32,000 nucleotides of DNA from Candidatus Saccharimonadota bacterium (GCF_000709555.1 NZ_CP006873.1:30001-62000), one strand, 5' to 3'. Counted from the first letter of the stretch, positions 9,671 through 21,483 are shown. Notes: generated by a model not told the origin, from the letters alone. A program made the numbers and translations.

Positions 9671-9788
9671 CTTAATATTCATTCTGATGAAGAGGAACCT
9701 TTTATTATTAAGGACTATTAAACGGATTCTGCTCTAACTCTAGAATCAGTATCAATTATGAATTGATTTTTAAAATAAAAAAAATATT

Positions 9789-10184
9789 ATGCCAACAATC
9801 CAACAGTTAATAAGAAAGAAAAGAGAAATTTTTAAGAAAAAAAGCAAATCTCCGGCTTTAAATTCTTGTCCTCAACGGAGAGGAGTCTGTATACGAGTTT
9901 ATACTACTACTCCTAAAAAACCTAATTCGGCAATGCGGAAAGTGGCTAGAGTCCGTTTAACTAATGGAAAAGAGGTTAATGCCTATATTCCTGGCGAGGG
10001 TCATAATTTACAAGAACACTCTATCGTTTTAGTTCGTGGTGGAAGAGTTAAAGATTTGCCTGGTGTACGTTATCATATATTACGAGGTGCTATAGATACT
10101 GCTGGAGTCAAAGATAGAAAACAAGCACGTAGTAAATATGGAACTAAATCTGACAAAAATGAATTGAATCTTAAAAAGAAATAA
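9789..10184 (+). CDS. rpsL: 30S ribosomal protein S12
   Basis: 131 aa, [12 protein letters not shown]...[52 protein letters not shown]. Confidence 0.98.
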   Translation: MPTIQQLIRKKREIFKKKSKSPALNSCPQRRGVCIRVYTTTPKKPNSAMRKVARVRLTNGKEVNAYIPGEGHNLQEHSIVLVRGGRVKDLPGVRYHILRGAIDTAGVKDRKQARSKYGTKSDKNELNLKKK

Positions 10185-10187
10185 AAG

Positions 10188-10664
10188 ATGAAAAAAGGAA
10201 ACCTGAAAAAAAGATCTTTATTACCTGATCCAAAATTTAACGACCCTTTAGTTAGTCGTTTTGTTAATAATTTAATGAAAAATGGGAAGAAAAATCTCGC
10301 ATATAATATATTTTATGGTGCGATGAAAATTGTAAAAGAACGGAATGAAAATAAAGATAAAAATGAGCTCGAAATTTGGAAACAAGCACTGACCAATATT
10401 ATGCCTCATGTAGAAGTTAGGAGTAGGAGAGTAGGAGGATCTACTTTTCAGATTCCGAGACAAATTAGTCCATATAGAAAAATATCAATAGCTATGAAAT
10501 GGCTTATCTGTTACTCACGAAAAAGAAATGAAAAAAGTATGTCTGATAATCTTGCAGCAGAAATTATTGCCGCATCTAAGGAAGAAGGATTAGCCGTAAA
10601 GAAACGTATTGATACTCATAAAATGGCCGAATCTAATAAAGCTTTCTCACATTTTAGGTTCTAA
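10188..10664 (+). CDS. rpsG: 30S ribosomal protein S7
   Basis: 158 aa, ..[28 protein letters not shown]...[16 protein letters not shown]... Confidence 0.96.
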   Translation: MKKGNLKKRSLLPDPKFNDPLVSRFVNNLMKNGKKNLAYNIFYGAMKIVKERNENKDKNELEIWKQALTNIMPHVEVRSRRVGGSTFQIPRQISPYRKISIAMKWLICYSRKRNEKSMSDNLAAEIIAASKEEGLAVKKRIDTHKMAESNKAFSHFRF

Positions 10665-12766
10665 TGAAAGATCTTAAATTTACTAGGAATATAGGTATAG
10701 CAGCACATATAGACGCGGGAAAAACTACTACGACAGAACGTATACTTTTTTATACTGGGATCAACCATAAAATAGGTGAAGTCCATGATGGGGCTTCTAC
10801 TATGGATTGGATGGCTCAAGAACAAGAGAGAGGTATTACTATTACTTCAGCTGCTACGAGATGTGAATGGAAATATTGTAATAATAAATATGATATAAAT
10901 CTTATAGATACACCAGGTCACGTGGATTTTACCGTAGAAGTAGAACGTTCCTTAAGAGTCTTAGATGGAATGGTTACTATTTTTAGTGCGGTAGATGGAG
11001 TAGAACCACAATCAGAAACTGTATGGCGTCAAGCAGAAAAATATAAAGTACCAAGAATAGGTTTCGTCAATAAGATGGATAGACGAGGTGCAGATTTTTT
11101 CAATGTTTGTTCTCAGGTAAAAAAAATATTAGGTGGGAATCCTTTGCCTCTGCAAGTTCCTATAGGTAGCGAAGAAAGTTTTAAAGGTGTTGTGGATCTG
11201 ATTTCTAATAAAGCTATAATCTGGAGTGAAGATGATTATGGGATGACTTATAAAAATATCCCTATTCCCAACAATCTTGAAAAAATAGTAGCTGACTATC
11301 GTGGAAAACTTATTGAAGCTATCGCGGAATACGATGATATTTTGATGGACAAATTTTTTGAAAATCCTAATTCGATTTCAGAAAATGAGTTGATTGAAGA
11401 TTTGAGAAAAGCTACTATTCAAATGAAGATTGTTCCTATGCTTTGTGGATCATCATTTAAAAATAAAGGGGTCCAGTCTATTTTAGATGCTGTTTGTCAA
11501 TATCTTCCATCTCCTTTAGATGTGGAACATATTATAGGAAATAATCTTAAAACAAAATCACCAGAAAAAATAATCCCATCTGATAATGAACCATTTACAG
11601 CTTTAGCTTTTAAAATTTCTACTGATCCTTTTGTAGGGAAGTTAGCTTTTTTTCGGGTCTATTCTGGAAAGCTTGATGCAGGTTCTTATGTTTTAAATAC
11701 TCGTTCCAATAATAGAGAACGTATTTCTCGTCTATATCAAATGCATGCTAATAAACAAAACCCGATTAATAGTATTAAATCAGGAGATATTGGAGCTGCT
11801 GTCGGATTTAAAGATATAAAAACTGGAGATACTCTTTGTGATGAGAATAGGCCGATCCTTTTGGAAAGTATATCTTTTCCTGATCCAGTAATCGGGTTTT
11901 CCATAGAACCTAAATATAAAAATGATATTGATAAAATGAGTTTTGCTCTTTCCAGACTAGTTGAAGAAGATCCGACTCTTCAAGTTAGGATAGATAATTC
12001 CAGTGGACAAACGATTTTATCAGGAATGGGAGAGCTTCATTTAGAAATCATTATTGATAGGATGAAAAGGGAATTTCAAGTAGAAGTCAATCAAGGAAAA
12101 CCTCAAGTCGAGTACAAAGAATCATTTACTACAGAATATCAACATAGAGAGGTTTATAAAAAACAAACTGGAGGGAGGGGGAAATTTGCTGATATTATAT
12201 TTAAAATTGGTCCTACTAATAAGAATTCGTTCGAATTTGTTAATTCTGTAAAAGGAGGAAATATTCCTAAGGAGTTTATTCCATCTATAGAAAAAGGTTT
12301 TAAAGAAGCTATGAAAACAGGTCCTTTAGCAGGTTATGAAATAGATGCGATGAAAATAACTTTAATAGATGGAACGTATCATACTGTTGATTCTGATCAA
12401 TTATCATTTGAACTAGCAGCTAAGATAGGTTTTAAAGAAGCTGCAAAAAAAGCAAATCCAGTTCTATTAGAACCTATTATGAAAATTGAAATAGTTACTT
12501 CAGAAGAAAATCTGGGAAATATAGTAAGTGATTTAAACCGACGTCGTGGTATTTTGCAAGGTGTAGATGATCGGAACAATTCTAAAATAATTAGAGCACA
12601 GGTTCCTTTAACTGAAATGTTTGGATATGTAACTACTTTACGAACACTTTCATCAGGAAGAGCTACTTCTTCAATGGAATTTTCTCATTACGAATCTGCT
12701 CCTAAAAACGTTGCTGAATCTATTATTTTTAGGGTAAAAGGAGATCCTCATAAAAATGAATCATAA
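10664..12766 (+). CDS. fusA: Translation elongation factor G
   Basis: 700 aa, ..[25 protein letters not shown]...[18 protein letters not shown]...DTPGHVDFT. Its ATG overlaps the rpsG stop (TAATG). Confidence 0.98.
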   Translation: MKDLKFTRNIGIAAHIDAGKTTTTERILFYTGINHKIGEVHDGASTMDWMAQEQERGITITSAATRCEWKYCNNKYDINLIDTPGHVDFTVEVERSLRVLDGMVTIFSAVDGVEPQSETVWRQAEKYKVPRIGFVNKMDRRGADFFNVCSQVKKILGGNPLPLQVPIGSEESFKGVVDLISNKAIIWSEDDYGMTYKNIPIPNNLEKIVADYRGKLIEAIAEYDDILMDKFFENPNSISENELIEDLRKATIQMKIVPMLCGSSFKNKGVQSILDAVCQYLPSPLDVEHIIGNNLKTKSPEKIIPSDNEPFTALAFKISTDPFVGKLAFFRVYSGKLDAGSYVLNTRSNNRERISRLYQMHANKQNPINSIKSGDIGAAVGFKDIKTGDTLCDENRPILLESISFPDPVIGFSIEPKYKNDIDKMSFALSRLVEEDPTLQVRIDNSSGQTILSGMGELHLEIIIDRMKREFQVEVNQGKPQVEYKESFTTEYQHREVYKKQTGGRGKFADIIFKIGPTNKNSFEFVNSVKGGNIPKEFIPSIEKGFKEAMKTGPLAGYEIDAMKITLIDGTYHTVDSDQLSFELAAKIGFKEAAKKANPVLLEPIMKIEIVTSEENLGNIVSDLNRRRGILQGVDDRNNSKIIRAQVPLTEMFGYVTTLRTLSSGRATSSMEFSHYESAPKNVAESIIFRVKGDPHKNES

Positions 12767-13061
12767 AATTAGAATCAAATTAAAATCTTACGATCAGAAT
12801 TTAGTAGATAAATCTGCGGAAAAAATAGTCAAATCTGTGAAACCAACAGGGGCTTTTGTTAACGGACCCATATGTTTGCCAACACAAAAAAAAATTTTTA
12901 CTATTTTACGTTCCCCACATGTTAATAAAAAGTCGAGGGATCAGTACGAATTACGTATTCATAAAAGATTATTAGATATTTATAGTCTTTCTTCTAAAAC
13001 TATAGATGTGCTAATGAAACTCGAAATTCCTAGTGGTGTAGAAATTGAAATAAAAGGATAA
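12756..13061 (+). CDS. rpsJ: 30S ribosomal protein S10
   Basis: 101 aa, [25 protein letters not shown]...[25 protein letters not shown]. Confidence 0.96.
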   Translation: MNHKIRIKLKSYDQNLVDKSAEKIVKSVKPTGAFVNGPICLPTQKKIFTILRSPHVNKKSRDQYELRIHKRLLDIYSLSSKTIDVLMKLEIPSGVEIEIKG

Positions 13062-13067
13062 TTTATT

Positions 13068-13694
13068 ATGTCATGTCTTATCGGAAAAAAAATTGGAATG
13101 ACGAGTCTTTTTGATGAAGATGGAAAACATGTTTCTTGCACTGTTATTCAGGCAGGGCCATGTTCAGTTATACAAATTAAAACCTTTGAAAAAGATGGTT
13201 ATTCATCTGTACAACTAGGTTTCGATAATCAACTAGAAAAAAATGTCTCGAAACCTCTGTATGGTCATTTTAAAAAAGCTGGAGTGTATCCGAAAAAAAA
13301 GATTCTGGAATTTTCTGGCGAATTTGTGAATCATATAAAATTAGGTGATGAAATCAGGATCAATTTATTCTCAGAAGGAGAATTTGTCGATGTCACAGGT
13401 TTATCTAAAGGTCGTGGGTTTCAGGGTGTAGTCAAGAGACATCATTTTTCTGGAGTTGGAGAACGAACTCATGGTCAACATAATAGGTTAAGATCTCCAG
13501 GTTCTATTGGAGCAGGATCTGATCCTTCTAGAGTATTTAAAGGAACAAAAATGGGAGGTCGAATGGGATATAAAAATGTTACTGTTAAAAATCTTAAAGT
13601 CCTAAAAATAGTTCTTGAACGGAATCTGATTGTTTTAAAAGGGTCTGTTCCTGGTAATAACAATACATATCTAGCAATTAAAAAATGGAAATAG
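13068..13694 (+). CDS. rplC: 50S ribosomal protein L3
   Basis: 208 aa, ..[28 protein letters not shown]...[15 protein letters not shown].. Confidence 0.96.
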   Translation: MSCLIGKKIGMTSLFDEDGKHVSCTVIQAGPCSVIQIKTFEKDGYSSVQLGFDNQLEKNVSKPLYGHFKKAGVYPKKKILEFSGEFVNHIKLGDEIRINLFSEGEFVDVTGLSKGRGFQGVVKRHHFSGVGERTHGQHNRLRSPGSIGAGSDPSRVFKGTKMGGRMGYKNVTVKNLKVLKIVLERNLIVLKGSVPGNNNTYLAIKKWK

Positions 13695-14320
13695 CCGTCT
13701 TAAATATTAAAGGAGAATCTACCGGTCGTAATATTTTATTAGATCCCTCTCTTTTTAAGATAGATTATAATGATCATTTAATATATTTTGATCTTAAAAG
13801 ATATTTAGCTTCACAACGTCAAGGAACAAATCAAACTAAGGAGAGGAGCAAATTATCAGGAAGCACTAGAAAACTTCATCGTCAAAAAGGGACAGGTAGT
13901 TCAAGAAAGGGAGATATTCATAATCCAATATTTCGTGGTGGGGCTAGAGTCTTTGGACCTCGTCCAAGATCGTTTCATCAAAAATTGAATAAACTTGCCA
14001 AAAGTTTAGTTAAAAAATCTATACTTAGTCAAAAAGTCAAAGATAATGCTATTAAAGTCGTAGAAGATTTTTCTTTTGAAAAGCCTAATACGAAAAAATT
14101 TTTAAGTCTATTACGTTCTTTTAAATTAGAAAATAAAAAAATACTCTTTGTATTAAAAACCCCAGATAAAAAATTATATCTTTCGGCAAGAAATTTACAA
14201 GGAAAAAAAATTATAACTGTTAACGAAATAAATAGCTATGATTTACTGAATTCAGTGAAATTAATTTGTTTCGAAAGTGCTTTTTGTAAAATTCAGGAAA
14301 ATTTAAAAAAAGTAATATAA
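13685..14320 (+). CDS. rplD: 50S ribosomal protein L4
   Basis: 211 aa, ..[52 protein letters not shown].. Confidence 0.95.
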   Translation: MEIAVLNIKGESTGRNILLDPSLFKIDYNDHLIYFDLKRYLASQRQGTNQTKERSKLSGSTRKLHRQKGTGSSRKGDIHNPIFRGGARVFGPRPRSFHQKLNKLAKSLVKKSILSQKVKDNAIKVVEDFSFEKPNTKKFLSLLRSFKLENKKILFVLKTPDKKLYLSARNLQGKKIITVNEINSYDLLNSVKLICFESAFCKIQENLKKVI

Positions 14321-14322
14321 AC

Positions 14323-14595
14323 ATGGATTTGTTAAAGCCAATTCTTACTGAAAAAACTAGTGCTGCTGTTAAGTTGCACAATGTTTACGTTTTTTTAGTA
14401 AATATCCGTCATAATAAATCTGATATAAAAAAAATAATTGAAAATAGATATTCTGTATCTGTAAAAAATGTCCGGATTATAGTGTGTGCACCTAAACGGT
14501 TTAAATCTAAAAAAATTAAAAAAGCTCTCGTAGAATTTAAAAAAGGACAATCGATAGATTTTTCTAATCTCGATTGTTATCATAATATTCAGTAA
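14323..14595 (+). CDS. rplW: 50S ribosomal protein L23 (short, 90 aa)
   Basis: [13 protein letters not shown]...[18 protein letters not shown]...[15 protein letters not shown]. Position between rplD and rplB. The hairpin-loop region looks shorter than in the homologues I remember. Confidence 0.9.
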   Translation: MDLLKPILTEKTSAAVKLHNVYVFLVNIRHNKSDIKKIIENRYSVSVKNVRIIVCAPKRFKSKKIKKALVEFKKGQSIDFSNLDCYHNIQ

Positions 14596-14597
14596 TT

Positions 14598-15416
14598 ATG
14601 TCAGTGAAAAAATTAAAACCTATAACACCTGGACAGAGATTTAGAATTGTAAATAGTTTTAAGGAAATTACTAAAACTATTCCTTGCAAAATTTTAACTA
14701 AAGGAAAATCTTCTTCTGGAGGTAGAAATAATACTGGAAAAATGACTGTCCGTTATATTGGAAAGGGTCATAAAAGAAAATATCGAATTATCGATTTCAA
14801 AAGAGATAAAAGAGAGATATTTGCCGTAGTGAAATCTATAGAATATGATCCTAATCGTTCAGCGTTTATCTCTCTTCTTCATTATTACGATGGAGAAAAG
14901 CGGTATATTATTGCCCAAAATGGACTTAAAGTTGGACAGAAAATTATTTCTGGAAAATCAGTACTTCCTGAAATAGGAAATGCTACTTTTTTAAGTGAGA
15001 TACCGTTAGGGACGATTATTTCTTGTATTGAAGTGAAACCAGGGAAAGGGGCCAAAATTGCTCGGAGTGCTGGTTCTTATGCGCAAATATCTGATAGAGA
15101 TAATAAATATGCTATAATTAAACTACCTTCAGGTAAAACAAAGATCCTATTGGCTACTTGTATGGCTACTATAGGTTCAGTATCAAATTCAGATCATCAA
15201 TTAGAAATATCTGGGAAGGCTGGAAGGAACCGTTGGTTAGGAAGAAGGCCTAGGACCAGAGCAGTTGCTATGAATCCTGTAGATCATGCTATGGGGGGTG
15301 GTGAAGGGAAAGCATCCGGGGGTCATCCCAGAAGCAGGAAAGGGATTCTTTCTAAGGGATATAAGACAACCAGAAAGGTAGATAGAATTTCTAACAAATA
15401 TATTAAAAGGAAATAA
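14598..15416 (+). CDS. rplB: 50S ribosomal protein L2
   Basis: 272 aa, [15 protein letters not shown]....[23 protein letters not shown]...[19 protein letters not shown]. Confidence 0.97.
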   Translation: MSVKKLKPITPGQRFRIVNSFKEITKTIPCKILTKGKSSSGGRNNTGKMTVRYIGKGHKRKYRIIDFKRDKREIFAVVKSIEYDPNRSAFISLLHYYDGEKRYIIAQNGLKVGQKIISGKSVLPEIGNATFLSEIPLGTIISCIEVKPGKGAKIARSAGSYAQISDRDNKYAIIKLPSGKTKILLATCMATIGSVSNSDHQLEISGKAGRNRWLGRRPRTRAVAMNPVDHAMGGGEGKASGGHPRSRKGILSKGYKTTRKVDRISNKYIKRK

Positions 15417-15419
15417 ATT

Positions 15420-15701
15420 ATGACACGTTCCTTAAAAAAAGGTCCATTTATCCACTATAAATTATATAAAAAGGTTACAAAAAGGTCTCATTCGATTAAA
15501 AATAAAAAACCCGTTATAAAAACTTGGTCTCGAAATTCTGTTATTTCTCCAGATTTTGTTGGAAAAATTATAGCCGTTCATAATGGAAAACAATTTATAC
15601 CAGTATCTATTACAGAAAATATGGTAGGTCACAAACTAGGAGAATTCTCTCCAACACGGATTTTTAGTGGACATGCTGGGGCTAAGAAAAAAAGAAAATA
15701 A
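15420..15701 (+). CDS. rpsS: 30S ribosomal protein S19
   Basis: 93 aa, [11 protein letters not shown]...[50 protein letters not shown]. Confidence 0.97.
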   Translation: MTRSLKKGPFIHYKLYKKVTKRSHSIKNKKPVIKTWSRNSVISPDFVGKIIAVHNGKQFIPVSITENMVGHKLGEFSPTRIFSGHAGAKKKRK

Positions 15702-15712
15702 ATTTTAGCATT

Positions 15713-16099
15713 ATGGGATCAAGAAAAAGAATAAGTGCTATATCTAAAATCCGTACCGTTTTTGCATGTTTAAATAACGTCCCTATTTCAGCTCGAAAAA
15801 TGAGACTAATAGCTAATTTAATCCGTAATCTTTCAACCCAGAAGGCCCTAGAAGTAGTTAAATTTAATAAAAAACATGCCTCTATTTATTTTGAAAAGCT
15901 GATTCTTTCTGCTATGGCTAACTGGATAAATAATAACCCATCTCTTGGGAAAGAGCAATTATATATTAGTAGAATCTATGTAGATAGTGCTCATATGCTC
16001 AAAAGAGTTCGTGCTGCTCCTCAGGGTAGAGGTCATAAAATTAGAAAAAGATATAACCATGTCAGTATTTTTTTGGATCGTAAAAATAATGGAGAATAA
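15713..16099 (+). CDS. rplV: 50S ribosomal protein L22
   Basis: 128 aa, ..[20 protein letters not shown]......[24 protein letters not shown]. Confidence 0.95.
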   Translation: MGSRKRISAISKIRTVFACLNNVPISARKMRLIANLIRNLSTQKALEVVKFNKKHASIYFEKLILSAMANWINNNPSLGKEQLYISRIYVDSAHMLKRVRAAPQGRGHKIRKRYNHVSIFLDRKNNGE

Positions 16100-16800
16100 T
16101 GGGACAAAAAACAAATCCGATAGCTAATCGACTAGGTATTATAAGAGGTTGGGATTCTAACTGGTATGGAGGAAAAAATTACAAAAATAGAATCAAAGAA
16201 GATTACCATATCCGTCAATATATTGAAGCACACTTTTCAAAGTCTAGTATATCTCATATTTATATAGAAAGTACTTTAAAAATGATCATTCTTACTATTA
16301 CTTCATCTCGTCCAGGTATTATTATTGGAAAAGGAGGAAAAGAAATAGATAAACTAAAAGAGTCATTAAAAAAAATGACTGAGAAAGATGTTAATATTAA
16401 TATATATGATATCCGTAATTCTTCTTTGGATGCTCGGTTGGTCGCCAAAAATTTATCCCAACAAATTTCCAATCGAATTTCCTATAAGAAGGCTATAAAG
16501 GTAGCTATTTATGATGCTAAACGTCTGGATGTTGAAGGGATCAAAATACAGATATCTGGGAGGTTAAATGGTGCAGAAATGTCCAGAACTGAATCTTATA
16601 AAGAGGGTCGGATTCCTCTTTCTACCCTTCGTGCTTACATAGATTATGCTATAGATTTTGCTCAGACTTCTTATGGAATAATTGGAATAAAAGTTTGGAT
16701 TATGAAAGGAGAAATTTATGAAAAAAAAACAGATCTATCTCCATTAATAGGATTGAAAAAACAACAAAGACCCAAATCAAAAAAATATGTTACAACCTAA
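16099..16800 (+). CDS. rpsC: 30S ribosomal protein S3
   Basis: 233 aa, [25 protein letters not shown]...[29 protein letters not shown]. Confidence 0.97.
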   Translation: MGQKTNPIANRLGIIRGWDSNWYGGKNYKNRIKEDYHIRQYIEAHFSKSSISHIYIESTLKMIILTITSSRPGIIIGKGGKEIDKLKESLKKMTEKDVNINIYDIRNSSLDARLVAKNLSQQISNRISYKKAIKVAIYDAKRLDVEGIKIQISGRLNGAEMSRTESYKEGRIPLSTLRAYIDYAIDFAQTSYGIIGIKVWIMKGEIYEKKTDLSPLIGLKKQQRPKSKKYVTT

Positions 16801-17209
16801 AATAACAAAATATAGAAAACAACAGAAAGGTCGCATAAAAGGAAAATCGAGTCGAAATTGTACCCTTTCTTTTGGAATTTTCGGGTTAAAAACATTAGAG
16901 TCAAGTTTGATAACAGACCGTCAGATAGAAGCTTCTAGGATAGCAGCTACTCGGTATATGAAAAGAGAAGGAAGATTATGGATTAATATTTTTCCTGATA
17001 AACCAATAACTAGGAAACCTCAAGAAGTTAGAATGGGGAAAGGAAAAGGTTCAGTAGAATTTTGGGCAGTGCCTGTAAAATCAGGTTGTATTTTATTGGA
17101 AATTAGTGAAGTCACATTATTAATAGCTAGAGAAGCTTTACGGTTGGCAGCAACAAAGTTACCAGTAAAGACTAAATTTATAGTCGCCAATAATTTTGAT
17201 GTATTATAA
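16787..17209 (+). CDS. rplP: 50S ribosomal protein L16
   Basis: 140 aa, [19 protein letters not shown]......[44 protein letters not shown]. Confidence 0.97.
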   Translation: MLQPKITKYRKQQKGRIKGKSSRNCTLSFGIFGLKTLESSLITDRQIEASRIAATRYMKREGRLWINIFPDKPITRKPQEVRMGKGKGSVEFWAVPVKSGCILLEISEVTLLIAREALRLAATKLPVKTKFIVANNFDVL

Positions 17210-17211
17210 GA

Positions 17212-17320
17212 ATGAAAGCATCTGAAATAAGAAATGAGGAAAAAAATTTTAATAATCAAATTAAGAATTACTAGAAAAATTAGAGCTAGGAGGAAAAAAA
17301 AGACAGAAAATTTGTTATGA
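17212..17320 (+). pseudogene. rpmC: 50S ribosomal protein L29 relic (internally deleted and frame-split)
   Basis: Only 107 bp separate rplP and rpsQ, where rpmC (about 190 bp) normally sits. The ATG at 17212 gives MKASEIRNEEKNFNNQIKNY* (stop at 17272-17274); MKxSEIR is an L29-like N-terminus. A second frame (from 17234/17267) reads ..[17 protein letters not shown] and ends in an ATGA overlap with rpsQ, resembling the L29 C-terminus IRxxRRxIARIKTxLNE. The best-case product is about 36 aa versus about 63 aa. Confidence 0.65.
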
Positions 17321-17571
17321 AAAGGAATTTAAGAAAAGAAAAAATAGGAGTTGTTATTAGTAATAAAATGAATAAAACTATTATTGTCAAAGAAATCAGA
17401 CGTGTAAAACATCCTTCTTATAGAAAAGCTATATCTAGGATAAAAAAATATGCAGCACATGACGAATATAATATTTGCAATGAGGGAGATCTTGTTCAAT
17501 TAATGGAAACACGTCCACTTAGTAAAAGTAAGCGTTGGAGATTGGTTAGAATAATAGAAGAAGTCAAATAG
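17317..17571 (+). CDS. rpsQ: 30S ribosomal protein S17
   Basis: 84 aa, ..[19 protein letters not shown]...RVKHPSYRK...[31 protein letters not shown]. Confidence 0.96.
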   Translation: MKRNLRKEKIGVVISNKMNKTIIVKEIRRVKHPSYRKAISRIKKYAAHDEYNICNEGDLVQLMETRPLSKSKRWRLVRIIEEVK

Positions 17572-17578
17572 TTATTAG

Positions 17579-17950
17579 ATGTTACAGCAAGAATCCATCC
17601 TGAAAGTTGTCGATAATACAGGGGTGAAAGAGGTATTACTTATTCGTATACTTGGTGGTACTAAAAAGCGGTATGCCTCGATAGGAGATAGGATCGTAGT
17701 ATCTTTTAAAAAAGTTATTTATTCAGGTGAGATAAAAAAAGGGCTGGTCTCTAAAGCTGTAGTTGTCCGTACAAAAAAACCAGTTCGTCGAGAAGACGGT
17801 TCTTATATTTCATTTGATGATAATGCTTGTGTCCTTCTCAATACTTCAGGAGAAATTAGAGGTACTCGTATTTTTGGACCTATTCCTCGTGAACTCCGTT
17901 CACATAATAAATATATGAAAATTATATCATTAGCATCTGAAGTTCTTTAG
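17579..17950 (+). CDS. rplN: 50S ribosomal protein L14
   Basis: 123 aa, [27 protein letters not shown]. Confidence 0.97.
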   Translation: MLQQESILKVVDNTGVKEVLLIRILGGTKKRYASIGDRIVVSFKKVIYSGEIKKGLVSKAVVVRTKKPVRREDGSYISFDDNACVLLNTSGEIRGTRIFGPIPRELRSHNKYMKIISLASEVL

Positions 17951-17953
17951 ATT

Positions 17954-18265
17954 ATGAAATCAAAAATAAAAAAAGGAGATAAAATCATAGTTTTAAGCGG
18001 AAATTATAAAGGGGTTAAAGGAAGAGTAATAGCTGTTTTTCCTCAAAACAAAACCGCTATTGTAAAAGGTGTTAATCTTATAAAACAACATATTAAACCC
18101 CATGATCACAATACCAAAGGGGAGATTATTAAAAGAGAATCTCCTATATCTTTATCAAAGATTTCTGTAGTTGATCCAGATAGCGGAAAACCTACCCGTA
18201 TTGGATTTCATCTAAAAGATGGAAAGAAGTTTCGGATAGCTAAGCGTTCTGGAAAAATATTATGA
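17954..18265 (+). CDS. rplX: 50S ribosomal protein L24
   Basis: 103 aa, [28 protein letters not shown] (KOW motif). Position between rplN and rplE. Confidence 0.95.
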   Translation: MKSKIKKGDKIIVLSGNYKGVKGRVIAVFPQNKTAIVKGVNLIKQHIKPHDHNTKGEIIKRESPISLSKISVVDPDSGKPTRIGFHLKDGKKFRIAKRSGKIL

Positions 18266-18810
18266 TGTATTTCCCTAGAATAAAAAGTTTATATAAAAAG
18301 AAAACTTCTCTGATAATGGAAGAATTCAAATATTCTTCGCCTATGCAAGTTCCGAGACTTCAAAAAATTATTCTTAGCCAAGGAATAGGAGATGCGGTAT
18401 CTGATAAAAAACTTATAAAGTATGCTATTGAAGAAATGAGTGCTATTGCTGGTCAAAAAGCAGTCCCTTGTCTATCAAGAAAAGATGAATCCGGTTTTAA
18501 ACTCCGTAAGGGAATTCCAGTGGGAATTAAGGTAACTCTTAGAAGAGATAGAATGTTTGAATTTTTAGATCGGTTAATCACTGTCGCTCTTCCTAGAGTC
18601 CGAGATTTTAATGGAATTAATTTTAAAAGTTTCGATGGTCACGGGAACTACAATCTGGGTATATCAGAACAAATTATATTTCCAGAAATTTCGATAGAAA
18701 AAATTAAAAAAATTTCAGGAATGGATATTACTTTTGTTACCTCAGCTAAAAGTGATGAAGAGGCGTTTTCATTACTAAGATATCTTGGATTGCCTTTTAA
18801 AAAAAAATAA
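18262..18810 (+). CDS. rplE: 50S ribosomal protein L5
   Basis: 182 aa, ..[10 protein letters not shown]....[24 protein letters not shown]...[31 protein letters not shown]-type overlap with rplX. Confidence 0.96.
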   Translation: MMYFPRIKSLYKKKTSLIMEEFKYSSPMQVPRLQKIILSQGIGDAVSDKKLIKYAIEEMSAIAGQKAVPCLSRKDESGFKLRKGIPVGIKVTLRRDRMFEFLDRLITVALPRVRDFNGINFKSFDGHGNYNLGISEQIIFPEISIEKIKKISGMDITFVTSAKSDEEAFSLLRYLGLPFKKK

Positions 18811-18816
18811 ATAAAA

Positions 18817-19086
18817 ATGGCTAAAAAATCTCTTCAATCTAGAGAACGTAATAGATTAAAATTATATCAAAAATATGCTGAAAAACGGAATCAGCTAAAA
18901 AAATCTGGGAATTATGAGGGTTTGCAAAAACTTCCAAGAAATTCTTCTAGAGTTAGATTGCATAATCGTTGTGAATTTACAGGACGGCCTAAAGGATACA
19001 TGCGTTTATTTGGAGTATCTCGGATTTTTTTTAGAGAACTTGTAAATATGGGTTTAATTCCAGGTATAAAAAAATCTAGTTGGTAA
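18817..19086 (+). CDS. rpsN: 30S ribosomal protein S14 (long form)
   Basis: 89 aa, [24 protein letters not shown].....[41 protein letters not shown]. Confidence 0.96.
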   Translation: MAKKSLQSRERNRLKLYQKYAEKRNQLKKSGNYEGLQKLPRNSSRVRLHNRCEFTGRPKGYMRLFGVSRIFFRELVNMGLIPGIKKSSW

Positions 19087-19103
19087 TTAAAAAAACATAA
19101 AAT

Positions 19104-19502
19104 ATGTACACAGATCCTATAGCAGATTTTTTAACACGAATTCGGAATGCTTTAAATGCTGAACATAGGATAGTGGAAATTCCTTCTTCAAAATTAAAAA
19201 AAGAGATCACAAAAATATTATTTGATCAAGGATTAATATTAAGTTATAAATTTGAAGAAAATTCCACTAAGAAAAATATTAAAATTGCTTTAAAATATGA
19301 CCGGAAAACACGAAAACCAGTAATTAAGTCTATTAAGCGTTTAAGCAAACCAGGATTAAGAAAATACAGTTCATCTACTAATTTACCCCGTGTATTAAAT
19401 GGGTTAGGAATTGCAATAATTTCGACCTCTAAAGGCGTCATGACAGATAAACAGGCTAGAGCAAAACATGTTGGAGGAGAAGTTATATGTCATGTATATT
19501 AA
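19104..19502 (+). CDS. rpsH: 30S ribosomal protein S8
   Basis: 132 aa, [16 protein letters not shown]......[33 protein letters not shown]. Confidence 0.97.
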   Translation: MYTDPIADFLTRIRNALNAEHRIVEIPSSKLKKEITKILFDQGLILSYKFEENSTKKNIKIALKYDRKTRKPVIKSIKRLSKPGLRKYSSSTNLPRVLNGLGIAIISTSKGVMTDKQARAKHVGGEVICHVY

Positions 19503-19513
19503 AAATGTTATTT

Positions 19514-20062
19514 ATGTTAAGAATTCGAAATTTTACTCTTTCGATACCTAAAGGGGTTTCAGTAGAATTAAAAAACAATAATCTTATAGAAGTATTAGGA
19601 AATCTAGGAAAATTACAACAAGTATTCTCTTCACGAATTAAAATAGAATATAATGGAGAAAAACTCTTAGTGAAGAGAACTTCAGATAACAAGGAAGATC
19701 GAGCAATACATGGTCTTTATTGCTCAATTATTAAAAATATGTTTATTGGAGTCACCATGGGATTTTCTAAGGAATTGGAATTAGTAGGAATAGGATACAG
19801 AGCTTTTCATAAAAATCAACGATTAGAATTAAATTTAGGTTTTTCTCACAATATTATAATGGAACTTCCTATAGAAATTAAACTACAGACCCAATCTGAA
19901 AAAGGAAAAAATCCATTAATTATTCTTAAATCCTGTGATAAGCAACTATTAGGTCTTGTTGCTGCTAAAATTTATTCTATTAGAAAACCAGACCCTTATA
20001 AAGGAAAAGGAGTCAGATACGTAGGAAAATATATAAGAAGAAAAGCAGGAAAATCAGCTTAA
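19514..20062 (+). CDS. rplF: 50S ribosomal protein L6
   Basis: The track ORF starts at 19487 inside rpsH. The ATG at 19514 gives MLRIRNFTLSIPKGVSV, matching the L6 N-terminus MSRIGKxPIxIPxGVxV. The ATG at 19505 is an alternative start. Confidence 0.93.
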   Translation: MLRIRNFTLSIPKGVSVELKNNNLIEVLGNLGKLQQVFSSRIKIEYNGEKLLVKRTSDNKEDRAIHGLYCSIIKNMFIGVTMGFSKELELVGIGYRAFHKNQRLELNLGFSHNIIMELPIEIKLQTQSEKGKNPLIILKSCDKQLLGLVAAKIYSIRKPDPYKGKGVRYVGKYIRRKAGKSA

Positions 20063-20064
20063 AA

Positions 20065-20382
20065 ATGTATAAAAAAAAGAATAAAATTTTTGGGACTTCA
20101 GAAAGGCCCCGTCTATCAATATATAGAAGTAATAAAGATATTTGTGCTCAAGTCATTGATGATTTTAAAGGTATTACGTTATCTTCAGCAACAAGTAAGG
20201 AAACAAATTTTAAAATAAAAGTAAGTAAAACTAAAAAAGCTACTTTGGTTGGTAAAAGATTAGGAGAAAAAACTCTTAAGTTAGGTATAAGTCGTGTCGT
20301 CTTTGATAGAAATGGTTATCTCTATCACGGCCGAGTCAAAGCCTTAGCTGAAGCAGCTCGAAAAGAAGGATTAGAATTTTAA
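20065..20382 (+). CDS. rplR: 50S ribosomal protein L18
   Basis: 105 aa, ..FGTSERPRLSIYRSNKDICAQVIDD....VVFDRNGYLYHGRVKALAEAARKEGLEF. Confidence 0.96.
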   Translation: MYKKKNKIFGTSERPRLSIYRSNKDICAQVIDDFKGITLSSATSKETNFKIKVSKTKKATLVGKRLGEKTLKLGISRVVFDRNGYLYHGRVKALAEAARKEGLEF

Positions 20383-20388
20383 CCAAAA

Positions 20389-20886
20389 ATGGAAAAAACA
20401 GTTCTTAATAAAAAAATTTCTAGACTTGTTGAAGTAGATAGAGTAGTAAAAGTAACCAAAGGAGGAAGAGGATTTAGTTATCGGGCTCTTGTAGTAGTGG
20501 GGAATGAAACTGGGATAGCCGGGTACGGTACTGGAAAATCTAAAGATATTTCTGAAGCTATTGCAAAAGCGGAAGCTAATGCAAAAAAAAATCTTTTTCA
20601 AATTCCTGCTGTTAATGGTAGTATTCCTCATGAACAAGAATCTCGTTATTCAGGGGCTTGTGTTTTTATGAAACCTGCTTCTCAAGGAACAGGACTTATT
20701 GCTGGTGGGGCTGTGCGCGCTGTATTAGAAGTAGTTGGGATTAAAAACGTCCTGTCAAAATCTAAAGGTTCTACTAATGCACACAATGTAGTAAAAGCAA
20801 CGTTTAAAGCATTATCAAATATGCGTGATCTAAAAAATATTGCGAGAGAAAGAGGTGTTTCTATACAAAAAGTTTTAAAAGGTTAA
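20389..20886 (+). CDS. rpsE: 30S ribosomal protein S5
   Basis: 165 aa, ..VDRVVKVTKGGRGFSYRALVVVGNETGIAGYGTGKSKDISEAIAKA... Confidence 0.97.
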   Translation: MEKTVLNKKISRLVEVDRVVKVTKGGRGFSYRALVVVGNETGIAGYGTGKSKDISEAIAKAEANAKKNLFQIPAVNGSIPHEQESRYSGACVFMKPASQGTGLIAGGAVRAVLEVVGIKNVLSKSKGSTNAHNVVKATFKALSNMRDLKNIARERGVSIQKVLKG

Positions 20887-20891
20887 AACAA

Positions 20892-21089
20892 ATGAATAAA
20901 ATTAAAATTACGCAAGTCAAAAGTCTTATCAAATGCTCTAAGAATAAAAAAAAAACTATTAAAGCCTTAGGGTTAAGAAAAATTAATCATCAGGTAGAGC
21001 ATCTTTATACTCCTCAAATCCTGGGAATGATACGTAAAGTCAGGCATCTTCTCAAAATAGAAACAGATGAAATTTGTCAAAAATTGTAA
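20892..21089 (+). CDS. rpmD: 50S ribosomal protein L30
   Basis: 65 aa, MNKIKITQVKSLIKCSKNKKKTIKALGLRKINHQVEH..TPQILGMIRKVRHLL. The 3' end overlaps rplO by 23 nt. Confidence 0.93.
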   Translation: MNKIKITQVKSLIKCSKNKKKTIKALGLRKINHQVEHLYTPQILGMIRKVRHLLKIETDEICQKL

Positions 21090-21483
21090 ACGTCTTGGTA
21101 GAGGGCAAGCTTCTGGAAAAGGAGGAACTTCAACACGAGGACATAAAGGAGCAAAATCACGTTCAGGAAATTCTACTAAATTTGGATTTGAAGGTGGTCA
21201 AATGCCTCTACAGCGCCGGATCCCTAAATTTGGATTTAAAAATATTCATCGGAAATGTTATGTTGGTATTAATATAGATGTCTTACAAAATTTAGTAGAT
21301 AAGGGAAAAATTAAAACCGAAGTGAATCCAATAATTTTACAAAAACTCGGTTTAGTATCTAAAAATAAATTAGTCAAAATATTGGGTCGTGGAAAATTAA
21401 CATCTCAAATAAATTTTTCAGCTTTAAAATTTAGCAAAAGTGCTCTAAAAGCAATACAAAAGGTTGGAGGGAAAATTTTTTAG
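21067..21483 (+). CDS. rplO: 50S ribosomal protein L15 (N-terminally short)
   Basis: 138 aa, ..KRLGRGQASGKGGTSTRGHKGAKSRSG.....FEGGQMPLQRRIPKFGF. Confidence 0.94.
   Translation: MKFVKNCKRLGRGQASGKGGTSTRGHKGAKSRSGNSTKFGFEGGQMPLQRRIPKFGFKNIHRKCYVGINIDVLQNLVDKGKIKTEVNPIILQKLGLVSKNKLVKILGRGKLTSQINFSALKFSKSALKAIQKVGGKIF

Noticed and set aside
19487-19513. N-terminal extensions of rplF (from 19487) and rplQ (from 26039) as given by the longest-ORF track
   Set aside because: The extensions overlap the preceding gene and do not match the family N-termini. Internal ATGs at 19514 and 26069 reproduce the canonical L6 and L17 starts.
21074-21277. 67-aa plus-strand ORF in an alternate frame of rplO, and a 75-aa ORF at 22163..22390 in an alternate frame of secY
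   Set aside because: They sit inside strongly supported CDSs in another frame, with no recognisable similarity. They are likely chance ORFs.
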